Assembly: GCA_963828735.1 (NCBI GenBank)
Contig: CAWHFW010000005.1
Location: 352,001 to 416,000, forward strand
Direction of reading: 5' to 3'
From: an uncultured Gemmatimonadales bacterium
Lineage (GTDB): Bacteria; Gemmatimonadota; Gemmatimonadetes; Gemmatimonadales; GWC2-71-9
DNA length: 64,000 nt
Under the pieces are notes generated by a model that was not told where the DNA came from, ran no database searches, and was given only the letters and a program-made list of their open reading frames with translations. A program made the translations under genes and the position numbers. Shown here in pieces: positions 18,036-25,886 of this stretch (position 1 is its first letter; each line of letters begins with the position of its first letter).

Positions 18036-18596
18036 ATGCAGCACCCCTTGAACCGCGCCCTGGCCGGCGCCGTTGCCCTGGCCCTGGCGATGGCGAGCAG
18101 CGCCCAGGCGCAGATCGGCCTGCTTTCCAACACCGCGCAGGTGACGCTCAACGCCACCAAGCTGTCGACGTTGGCGGTGAGCCCCACGACTGCGACGACC
18201 ACGATCGCCAGCATCACCGATAACTCAGCCGCGAACGTCTTCCCCAACGTCGGCCTCACGACGGACTGGAACCTGACGGCCGGGACGTCGGTCAGGCTCA
18301 TCGGCTGGTTCGCGACCCCCGCTTCGGCGCTTGCCAACGGCGCCGCGGTGATCCCGTCGAGCAGCGTCGAGGGCGGCATCAACGGCGGCGGGTTCACGCC
18401 GTTCACCGGCGCGGCCGTCGGCGGCGTCGGCGTAGCGGGTGGAAGCCTGCAGCTCTTCAGCCAGGCGGTGGCCGCGGGCACCTACTTCGGGACCCGCACC
18501 GACCAGCTCAACCTGCGCCTCAACCTCGTCGGCTTTCCGACGACCACGGCCGGTCTCTACACCGGCACGCTCAACGTCCAGGCTGTCGTTCAGTAG
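18036..18596 (+). CDS. Pilin-like secreted beta-rich subunit 1
   Basis: Signal peptide ending AQA-Q, alternating N-terminal strand VTLNATK, C-terminal GLYTGTLNVQAVVQ. Confidence 0.75.
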   Translation: MQHPLNRALAGAVALALAMASSAQAQIGLLSNTAQVTLNATKLSTLAVSPTTATTTIASITDNSAANVFPNVGLTTDWNLTAGTSVRLIGWFATPASALANGAAVIPSSSVEGGINGGGFTPFTGAAVGGVGVAGGSLQLFSQAVAAGTYFGTRTDQLNLRLNLVGFPTTTAGLYTGTLNVQAVVQ

Positions 18597-18602
18597 TCCC
18601 CG

Positions 18603-19199
18603 ATGCGCCTCCGGGTCGGCCTCCGCTTCCATCTTGGTCTGAGCTTCCTCGCCTCGAGCGCCGTCCTGGCGCTCGGAGCGCGGGAGGCGCAGGCACAAGC
18701 GGGCACGGTCTCGGCGGCTCAGGTCATCGCGCTCGTCGCCACCAAGACGTCGCAATTGTCCGTCACCGTGACCTCCGGGGCCGTGCAGTCCATCCCGAGC
18801 CTCACGGACAACGCGGTAAACTCCTTTCCCACGCCAGCAGTCATCACGACCACGTGGGACGTGAATCCCGGACAAACGAACACCGTGAACCTGATGGCGT
18901 ATTTCTCCACGCCCGCGCAGGCGCTGACGGGCGGGACCACCCAGATCCCGTCGAGCCGGGTGCTGGGTCGCATGACGACCGGCCTACCGGTCGCCTTCAC
19001 GGCCATCACCCAGAACGCCGTGGGCGGTGTCGGCACGGCGGGTGGAAGCCTGAAGCTGTTCGCGCAGACCATCAGCGGCCCGAACAAGAAGTCGAGCCGG
19101 ACCGACAATCTGAACTTGCAGATCGACCTCGTGGGGTTCCCGACCCTGGCACCAGGCACTTACAGCGGCACGCTCAACCTCCGCGCCGTCACGCAGTAA
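18603..19199 (+). CDS. Pilin-like secreted beta-rich subunit 2
   Basis: Paralogue of subunit 1; IALVATK and C-terminal GTYSGTLNLRAVTQ. Confidence 0.75.
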   Translation: MRLRVGLRFHLGLSFLASSAVLALGAREAQAQAGTVSAAQVIALVATKTSQLSVTVTSGAVQSIPSLTDNAVNSFPTPAVITTTWDVNPGQTNTVNLMAYFSTPAQALTGGTTQIPSSRVLGRMTTGLPVAFTAITQNAVGGVGTAGGSLKLFAQTISGPNKKSSRTDNLNLQIDLVGFPTLAPGTYSGTLNLRAVTQ

Positions 19200-19201
19200 G
19201 A

Positions 19202-19230
19202 CCCCGGGGCTCGAGCCCGAGCCGCCGGGG
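19202..19230. terminator. Intra-operon GC hairpin after subunits 1 and 2
   Basis: CCCCGGGGCTCG-AGCC-CGAGCC(G)CCGGGG directly after the stop; no U-tract. Confidence 0.5.
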
Positions 19231-19345
19231 GACATGCTCAACCTTCGACCGAGAGGTGTGTTCCCGACCCGACTGACCAGCCTGGGGAGCCCGGCCCGCG
19301 ACAGCCAGCGGTGGCGACCGCCCGATTTCAGCCGTACGTTCGGGC

Positions 19346-19918
19346 ATGACCAGTCGCTGGAGCGTGCTGACCCTGCTGGCGGTGCTTGCGCCGCCCCTTC
19401 GCGCGCAGATCGGGCTCGCGTCGGCCGGCGCCACCATCGCCCTCTCGGCCACCAAGGCCGCATCGGTGAGCGTAGCGCTCCCGAACGGCAGCTCCGCCGG
19501 CCTCCCAGGCGCGCTCGTCACCGGGCCGAACGACTTTGCCCCTATCCCCGTCACCACGTCTTGGGAAGTGGATCCCCAGCGCACGTCCGCTGTCGCCCTG
19601 GTGGCCTACTTCGAGCAGCCCAACCGTGCCCTGGCCGGCCCGGGCTCGGCGATTCCCTCCTCCGCGGTGCTCGGGCAAGTGCCGAGCGGCGGCCCAAAGT
19701 CGTTCGCTCCGTTCGTGGGGGCGCCCGTGTCGGTCGGAACCGCCGCGGCAGGCTCGGCGGGTGGGACGCTGATGTTGTTCACGCAGACGATCTCCGGCGC
19801 CAACGCCGTCGGCGCCCGGACGGACAATCTGCAGGTGAGGATCGACTTGACCGAGTCGCCCGAGCTTCCCGCCGGGAGCTACACCGGGACCCTCGACCTG
19901 CTGGTGATCACGCAATGA
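19346..19918 (+). CDS. Pilin-like secreted beta-rich subunit 3
   Basis: Paralogue of subunits 1 and 2; IALSATK and C-terminal GSYTGTLDLLVITQ. Confidence 0.75.
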   Translation: MTSRWSVLTLLAVLAPPLRAQIGLASAGATIALSATKAASVSVALPNGSSAGLPGALVTGPNDFAPIPVTTSWEVDPQRTSAVALVAYFEQPNRALAGPGSAIPSSAVLGQVPSGGPKSFAPFVGAPVSVGTAAAGSAGGTLMLFTQTISGANAVGARTDNLQVRIDLTESPELPAGSYTGTLDLLVITQ

Positions 19919-19924
19919 GGACCC

Positions 19925-20671
19925 ATGCTCGCTGTTCTGGTACCGCCCATCCGCCGCCGGCGGTTCGTCCGCCCGACTAGTCTCGTGGTCGGCACGCTCG
20001 CGTGCCTGGCCCTCGCCCTTCCGCTCGCCGCCCAGTCCGTCAGTCCACCCATCGCCGAATATCAGGAACGCGCCCGATCGAGCTTCCAGCTCATCAACTC
20101 GGGCATCTTCCCTCTCAATGTCGTGCTCGAGGTCCGCGGCTTTCGTGTGACCGAGCAGGGCGAGGTAGAGGACGCGCCGCTCGACACGACCCGGTTGCAC
20201 GTCAAGCTGTCGGCGATGAGCTTCCGCATCCCGCCGCGTGGGACCTACACGGTCTTCTACGAGGCGTCGGCGGACAGTCTCCCGGCGTGGTTCAATATCC
20301 TGAGCGCGATGACGGGCGCACGGACGGAGAGCGGGCTCAACCTCCGGATCCTGCTGCCCCACGTCGTGTACCTCAACCAGAAACAGAACCTGCGAAGGGA
20401 GCAGGTGGCCATCCGGGCCCTGGAGATCGACTCGACCTCGGGCAAGCTCCGCGTGCAGCTCGAGAACCTCGGTCCCAACCTCGGGCGCGTCCAGGAGGTC
20501 ACGGCCTCGGCGGGCAAGACCGCCAGCCCACCCGGCCCCGGCTTCCCGCTCTTCCCCCACATGCTGCGCTGGACCACGCTCGACTGGCCCGGGCCGGCGA
20601 AGCCGGAGCGGTTGAGCGTGCGGTTCGCGAAGTTCACGGTGGACACCTCGCTCGCAGCACGTTCACCCTAG
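19925..20671 (+). CDS. PapD-like two-domain pilus assembly chaperone (putative)
   Basis: Signal peptide, then SVSP...FQLIN...SFRIPP...V and a second domain with LRVQLENLGPNLGRV; size and position fit. Confidence 0.6.
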   Translation: MLAVLVPPIRRRRFVRPTSLVVGTLACLALALPLAAQSVSPPIAEYQERARSSFQLINSGIFPLNVVLEVRGFRVTEQGEVEDAPLDTTRLHVKLSAMSFRIPPRGTYTVFYEASADSLPAWFNILSAMTGARTESGLNLRILLPHVVYLNQKQNLRREQVAIRALEIDSTSGKLRVQLENLGPNLGRVQEVTASAGKTASPPGPGFPLFPHMLRWTTLDWPGPAKPERLSVRFAKFTVDTSLAARSP

Positions 20672-20676
20672 CCGCC

Positions 20677-22365
20677 ATGGGACCCTGTCGCCGTCCGGCC
20701 ATCGTTGCCGCCGTGATCCTCATGGCGACCTTGGTCGTTTCAGGGACGGGCGCGGCGCAGACGGTCGTCGAGATGCAGGGCGGCGGCTCGTCGCTCCTCG
20801 GCGGGTACGGCGCGACGGCCAACTTCTGGCGCAATGGCGTGGACGGGTGGATCGGACTTGGCTACCTCGACGGCCTGCGGGCGGGCGCGTTTCTGCGCAC
20901 CGCCGTGGGCAAGGACACGCTGCGACTGGGCAACGATGCCCTGGTAATGCGCTTCCCCACCGATCTCTTCAGCAGCGGGTACAACCTGCTCGTGCAGGGG
21001 GCCAGCATGGGCGGCGGAACCGGGCGCACGTCCTATCTCGCCTTTGCGGGCGCCAGCTCGTCGGGCCTCGCCGCGCCGTCGTTCCAGGCCACGAGCATCG
21101 AGAAACCGATGGGTGCGGTGTTTCTCCAGCACCGCCTCTCACCGACGGTGCGGCTCACCGGCAACGTCCTCGTCGCCGAACATCAGACGCTGATGCCCGG
21201 GGTCCAGTGGCAACCCGTGCCCGATCTTACGACGGCACTCGTGGCCGGCATCGGAGCCGGCAGCCCGTACGTGGCCGGCGCGATCACGGCCCGCCGCGGC
21301 CCCCTCGGCGTCAAAGCGATGTACGGGTGGAACCCGGACCGCTTCCGTCGTGCGGATGTGCCGGGACCGACCCAGACGGAGGCGGAGAAGGAGAACATCT
21401 CGCTCACCTACGACTTCGGGTCCGCGTTTCAGGTGGGGGTCGCGCGCCAGCACTTCCTGCAGGACTCGGCCGCCGCCGCCGTGCCGATCCGGGCGAGCGG
21501 GAACTCCTTCTTCGCGAGCGGGCGCGTCCGCGAGGTGCGTCTGACCGGCGGCGTCTACGATTCACGCTCGCAGGGCACGAGCAACTTGAGCTCCTATTTC
21601 GCCGTCGGCCGCGAGGTCACGTCCTGGCTCGACGCGGAGCTCTTTCTCCTGCAGAGCAGGCCGTCGGGCCGCGCGTCGAGCACGACGCCTGTCATGAACC
21701 TCCGCTGGCGCCTCTCCCCCCGGGTGCGGCTGATGCAGCAGTTGTCGATGCACGAGCATCGGCCCACGGTGCAGTTCGGGGCCAACCTGGTCACTGCTCT
21801 CGGCGAGTTCGGCGCGGACTACCAGATCGTCCACCAGCCGTTCCAGCCGTTCCAGCCGTTCCGGAGCGCGCTCAACCTCACCGCCCGGCTGCAGCTCGGA
21901 CGCTACTCGACCAACCTTGGCACCTACGTGCGACCCGATGGCGCGGTGGACTACTCCGCCTCGGGGAGCACGTTCCTGTACATGGGCGCCTTCGGGGGCG
22001 TGCAGCCGCAGCAACTCGGCCAGGGCCAAAGCATGGGACGGTACTTGGTGCGCGGGGTGGTGCGGGACGAAGCGGGCGGCCCGGTGGAAGGCGCCGCGAT
22101 CGGAATCGGCGGAGAGGTGGCGTTCAGCAACTCGCGCGGCGAATTCTTCGTGCGGGCGCGGCGGCCGCAGCGCTACGACATCTCGGTTTCGCTGGAGGAG
22201 TTCCTGCTGCCGGGCCAGTGGGAGGTCGTATCGGCGCCCAGCCAGGTCACGGCGGAGCCGGAGGATCGCAGCCACGGGTTCGAGATCATCCTTCGGCGCG
22301 CACAGCCTGCCGCGCCGCGCCAGGATCCGCCTCCGGCGCCGGCGGACGCCGTGCCGGCGCATTGA
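20677..22365 (+). CDS. Outer-membrane usher-like beta-barrel with a C-terminal carboxypeptidase-regulatory-like domain
   Basis: Signal peptide, many amphipathic aromatic strands, C-terminal VRGVVRDEAGGPVEGA...SNSRGEF. Confidence 0.6.
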   Translation: MGPCRRPAIVAAVILMATLVVSGTGAAQTVVEMQGGGSSLLGGYGATANFWRNGVDGWIGLGYLDGLRAGAFLRTAVGKDTLRLGNDALVMRFPTDLFSSGYNLLVQGASMGGGTGRTSYLAFAGASSSGLAAPSFQATSIEKPMGAVFLQHRLSPTVRLTGNVLVAEHQTLMPGVQWQPVPDLTTALVAGIGAGSPYVAGAITARRGPLGVKAMYGWNPDRFRRADVPGPTQTEAEKENISLTYDFGSAFQVGVARQHFLQDSAAAAVPIRASGNSFFASGRVREVRLTGGVYDSRSQGTSNLSSYFAVGREVTSWLDAELFLLQSRPSGRASSTTPVMNLRWRLSPRVRLMQQLSMHEHRPTVQFGANLVTALGEFGADYQIVHQPFQPFQPFRSALNLTARLQLGRYSTNLGTYVRPDGAVDYSASGSTFLYMGAFGGVQPQQLGQGQSMGRYLVRGVVRDEAGGPVEGAAIGIGGEVAFSNSRGEFFVRARRPQRYDISVSLEEFLLPGQWEVVSAPSQVTAEPEDRSHGFEIILRRAQPAAPRQDPPPAPADAVPAH

Positions 22366-22399
22366 AGCGATCCCGCCGATCCCGGCGACATCGGGCAAG

Positions 22400-22432
22400 C
22401 GAAGGGGGCATGATCCTGTCATGCCCCCTTCG
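22400..22432. terminator. 14-bp inverted repeat between convergent genes
   Basis: CGAAGGGGGCATGA-TCCTG-TCATGCCCCCTTCG. Confidence 0.7.
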
Positions 22433-22461
22433 TGTACTTAGACCACCGGCACCTGGTTCTG

Positions 22462-23133
22462 CTATGGCATCGCGACCTTGTCCGTCGCGATGGCCGAATG
22501 ATCGATGACCAGCGCCACGCGACGGTTTTCGACTCCGTCGTCGCCCGGGCCCTGCGCCCCCGGCATCACCTGCCGGTTGCGGACCTCGCCGTAGCTCACC
22601 GCCCGGATGGTCTCGCTGTTGAACCCCTCGGAGGTCGAGAGGTAGTCACGAACCGCCTCGGCACGGTGCTGGCCGAGGCGCTGATTGTATGCCGGGCTCC
22701 CGGCGGCGTCGGTGAAGCCCTCGACGGTGATGATCGCACCGGGGTAGTACTCCTTCACCACCGACGCGAATCGGTCGAGCACGGGCCGGTCGGCCTCACG
22801 CAGCTCGGCGCTGTCGAACTCGAAGTGCACCGGGACATCGAACTTGAGCTGGGTCTTGACCTTCTCCATGCTCACGTTGAAGTCGCTCTTCAGGCTCTGC
22901 AACTCCTGCTCGAGCGCGTCGAGACGCTTCGTGTGGTCGGCCACGGTCTGGTCGGTGGAGTCGACCCGACTCGCCAGCTTCTGGTCGCCACTCTGCATCT
23001 CCTGGCGGAGACGCGCCACCTCGTTGTTGAAATCCGTCTCCTTGACCTTTGCGGCGCAACCGGCCAGCCCGAACGAGACGCCAAGCGCCCCGAGCGCAGT
23101 CATGACCTGCACACCGCGCTGCCGTGTGAACAT
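22462..23133 (-). CDS. OmpA/Pal-family peptidoglycan-binding lipoprotein with a coiled coil
   Basis: AGGAGG RBS, lipobox LAGC, heptad region, VHFEFDS, EGFTD, YNQRLGQHRA and NRRV. Confidence 0.9.
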   Translation of the reverse strand: MFTRQRGVQVMTALGALGVSFGLAGCAAKVKETDFNNEVARLRQEMQSGDQKLASRVDSTDQTVADHTKRLDALEQELQSLKSDFNVSMEKVKTQLKFDVPVHFEFDSAELREADRPVLDRFASVVKEYYPGAIITVEGFTDAAGSPAYNQRLGQHRAEAVRDYLSTSEGFNSETIRAVSYGEVRNRQVMPGAQGPGDDGVENRRVALVIDHSAIATDKVAMP

Positions 23134-23244
23134 CAGGACCTCCTGCCTGCGGATGGGGGACATGGGCGTCGGCGGACGGCGCTCACGAACAGAACGTCGG
23201 TGCGGCGGTCACCCCCCTGCGGTGATCCAGGTCACAAGGCAGTC

Positions 23245-23688
23245 TCACTCGACTCCGAGCACCTCGACGTCGAATACCAGGGTTGCCCCGGGAGGAATGG
23301 CCGGCGGCGCACCACCATCACCGTACGCGAGCGCCGGCGGCAGCACCAGCTTCCGGCGACCCCCTACCTTCATCCCGTTGACGCCTTCGTCCCAGCCGGT
23401 GATGACCTGACCCGCGCCGAGGGTGAAGGCGAAGGGCTCGCCGCGGTCGCGGCTGCTGTCGAACTTGGTCCCGTCGGGAAGCCAGCCAGTGTAGTGCACC
23501 CTCACGGTGCGCCCTGGCCCGACCGGCTCGCCCTGCCCCATGGCGAGGTCGGTATACCAGAGACCCGAGGGGGCCTTGGTCATCTTCGTGGTGTCCACAC
23601 CGAGCGAGGCGCTGAACCCGCCAGACTTGGTGTCCTTGCCGCACGCCGCGAGCGCGACCAGGGCGAGAAGAAGGGAAAGACGGCGCAT
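23245..23688 (-). CDS. FKBP-type peptidyl-prolyl isomerase (lipoprotein)
   Basis: Motifs [24 protein letters not shown] and [12 protein letters not shown]. Confidence 0.95.
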   Translation of the reverse strand: MRRLSLLLALVALAACGKDTKSGGFSASLGVDTTKMTKAPSGLWYTDLAMGQGEPVGPGRTVRVHYTGWLPDGTKFDSSRDRGEPFAFTLGAGQVITGWDEGVNGMKVGGRRKLVLPPALAYGDGGAPPAIPPGATLVFDVEVLGVE

Positions 23689-23719
23689 GCGTGCTCCGCG
23701 GAGGTAAGGGATGGCCATT

Positions 23720-23747
23720 AACGAGAAGGCCGACCCGAAGGTCGGCC
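23720..23747 (-). terminator. Terminator after tRNA-Pro
   Basis: On the minus strand GGCCGACC-TTCG-GGTCGGCC is followed by TTCTCGTT. Confidence 0.6.
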
Positions 23748-23756
23748 CAGCAGGAA

Positions 23757-23830
23757 TCGGGACGGCGGGATTTGAACCCGCGACCCCTGCAACCCCATTG
23801 CAGTGCGCTACCGGACTGCGCTACGTCCCG
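23757..23830 (-). tRNA. tRNA-Pro(GGG)
   Basis: Cloverleaf CGGGACG...; anticodon arm CTGCA-ATGGGGT-TGCAG; T-loop GGTTCAAATCC; CCA not encoded. Confidence 0.96.
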
Positions 23831-24210
23831 TCGTGCGAGGCGGAATTCTAGCCCGCGTCCTCCGAAGTGGGAAGGGGCGAGGAGCTCCGACTCGGACGAA
23901 GGGATCCCCTCGATCGGCGAGCATGAAGGTGCGCCATTCGAACAATCGATCGCCTTCGGCCCGGCGCCGTCGTCTCGTCGCTGGCCCCGTCCAGCCCGGG
24001 CCGAGCGCACTCGTGAAGGCCGCTCCCCCGGCTCCAGAGGCCCGGCTATGGCCGATTCCAGGCCAAGGCGTTCCACGGTCCCCTGCTGCGAATGGGGAGA
24101 CCCCGTGCGGGCCCCTCGCAGGGCACGGGTGCCGGGTGACCAGCCCCACCTCGCCTGTCCCCGCCCCCAGCCGATACTTAGGAGGCCTCCGTAACAGCAG
24201 CCGTCGGATC

Positions 24211-24226
24211 GGGCCCGGCATTTGCA
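24211..24226 (+). promoter_or_regulatory. Candidate sigma-54 promoter
   Basis: GGGCCCG-GCAT-TTGCA has correct GG/GC spacing and lies about 50 nt upstream of the ORF at 24279. Confidence 0.55.
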
Positions 24227-24278
24227 TTTTCAGGGACCCTGCTGGCAGGCCACCCATGTCGGACCGAAGGAGACCACA

Positions 24279-24461
24279 ATGAGCACGGACGAAGGGCTGC
24301 CCTGGGAAGGCGGTGGAGATCTGCCCTGGGACGCGTCGGAGGGGGTTTGGGAGCCCGAAGACGGCGAAGCGTGGCGCGGGGAACTCCACCTGGGTGAATG
24401 GCCGGAGAATCTGGCCGGTCCGGAGTACTGGCTCTACAAGAAAGAGCAGGGCGATGAGTAG
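24279..24461 (+). CDS. Small acidic Trp-rich hypothetical protein (60 aa)
   Basis: AAGGAG RBS, its own candidate promoter and a downstream hairpin. Confidence 0.7.
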   Translation: MSTDEGLPWEGGGDLPWDASEGVWEPEDGEAWRGELHLGEWPENLAGPEYWLYKKEQGDE

Positions 24462-24484
24462 AACCGTCGAAGCGCGCACGGATT

Positions 24485-24513
24485 GAAGGGGCCGACGTCA
24501 CGTCGGCCCCTTC
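24485..24513 (+). terminator. 14-bp inverted repeat after the small ORF
   Basis: GAAGGGGCCGACGT-C-ACGTCGGCCCCTTC followed by TCATTT. Confidence 0.7.
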
Positions 24514-24584
24514 TCATTTCGCACCCTGAAGGAAAACCGAAGCATGCCCTTCTAACTCCTTGCCGCCAGCCAACATACAACCTG

Positions 24585-24612
24585 TTGACAGCATGTAACT
24601 CGTTGCTATATT
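24585..24612 (+). promoter_or_regulatory. Near-consensus sigma-70 promoter with extended -10
   Basis: TTGACA-N16-TATATT with TG one base upstream of the -10, inside an AT-rich patch. Confidence 0.7.
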
Positions 24613-24767
24613 GATATTTACGTTGAGCCGAACGGGAGTCGGGCAGCCTCTCTGGCCGCCCGCGTCCCCGACCGACTCGACGAGAAAATGCCGCCCGAAA
24701 GGGGGCATGGAACCGGAGGGGCCGCCCGTCGGCGGTCCCATGCACAGGACTGAGGAGAACCACACCC

Positions 24768-25781
24768 ATGTCGGATACAATGCCGAATCCCGCCGAAAAC
24801 GCGGCCCAGCTGCCGCAACCGTGGGATCCGTTTCAGTTGATGGACCGGTTGGACGAGGAGGCGCTTCGCAGGGAGCTCGACGGGGTCGCGGCAACCGATC
24901 TCGTGTACGTGGTGAAGGAGGGAGGCCAGGAAGTCGTGGGGCTGTCGAAGACCGGCGTGGATGAGTGCTGCATGGCGCTGGTGTCGCAGGGCCAGGTCAT
25001 CCGCGAGGAGGACCTGCAGTACGACGTGATTGGGGAAGGTGAGGACCGCGAGGCCCTCTTCAAGGTCAAGGCGGCGCGATTCGCCGTGTCGCCCGAGGGC
25101 CAGGACGTGCGGCTCGATCAGGTGATCGGAGTCAAGCGTCAGCCGCTCTTCTTCGAGGCCACCCAGCTCGATCTCGATGCGCGTGTGCCCAGCAAGAAAT
25201 ACAAGGGCCGCACCTACCGCGAGCTGCTGCAGTCGGACGAGGGACGGGACTATCTGGGCTGGATGGCCGAGCACTTCAGCGAGCCGGCCATTCGCGACTT
25301 TGTCCGGCGCATCCTGTCAGGCGAAGAGATCACCGCCCACCGCGAGCGCCAGCTCAATCCGCATTGGTACGAGGCCGGCGCGATGAAGGCGGCCCGGAAC
25401 GCCCGCTTCCGCCTCATCCCGGGCAACGTGCGCGCGCAGGTCATCGCGAGCGCGCGGCACACGGGCCAAGCCCGAGTGGTCGAAGCGCAGCCTGGTGCGC
25501 TCCGCGGCGTTTCGAGGGCCGCTCCCGCGCAGCCTGCAGAAGCGGCGCCTGCGCCGGCCGGAGAGCTGGTCACCCGCGTCGGGCCCTATGCGCCGACGGA
25601 AAAGCAGGTCGCGTTCTACCAGAGACTCGCCGAATCACCGGTATTCAGCGAGGAGGAGCGTCGCCGGGCCCTCGAATGGCTCGCGACCAAGGCCACGCGG
25701 CAGACGATCAAGGATCAGATCGATTGGCTCAAGCGCCAAGTCGAGACTCGCCGCGCGAACCGGGGGCAGTCGGCCGCGTAG
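24768..25781 (+). CDS. Hypothetical protein resembling phage single-strand annealing (Rad52/Sak-like) proteins
   Basis: GAGGAG RBS; LVY...GLSKTGV, MKAARNARFRLIP, an inserted KKYKG...DYLGWM module and a C-terminal PTEKQ helix motif. Confidence 0.5.
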   Translation: MSDTMPNPAENAAQLPQPWDPFQLMDRLDEEALRRELDGVAATDLVYVVKEGGQEVVGLSKTGVDECCMALVSQGQVIREEDLQYDVIGEGEDREALFKVKAARFAVSPEGQDVRLDQVIGVKRQPLFFEATQLDLDARVPSKKYKGRTYRELLQSDEGRDYLGWMAEHFSEPAIRDFVRRILSGEEITAHRERQLNPHWYEAGAMKAARNARFRLIPGNVRAQVIASARHTGQARVVEAQPGALRGVSRAAPAQPAEAAPAPAGELVTRVGPYAPTEKQVAFYQRLAESPVFSEEERRRALEWLATKATRQTIKDQIDWLKRQVETRRANRGQSAA

Positions 25782-25825
25782 CGTGCCGGCGGACGGCCCA
25801 AGTCGCGGCCCGATGAGGGGAACAG

Positions 25826-25860
25826 CGAAGGGGGCATGCGCACTGCGCATGCCCCCTTCG
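25826..25860. terminator. 17-bp perfect inverted repeat between convergent genes
   Basis: CGAAGGGGGCATGCGCA-C-TGCGCATGCCCCCTTCG. Confidence 0.75.
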
Positions 25861-25886
25861 TTGCGTTCGTCCGGGGGCCCTCGCCG

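Noticed and set aside
23808..24479. 223-aa minus-strand ORF
   Set aside because: It overlaps tRNA-Pro and the better-supported small plus-strand ORF, and its composition is not protein-like.
24680..24760. Possible hammerhead ribozyme (GAAA ... CTGAGGA)
   Set aside because: The required UH cleavage site and stem II do not form, and CTGAGGAG is explained as the RBS.
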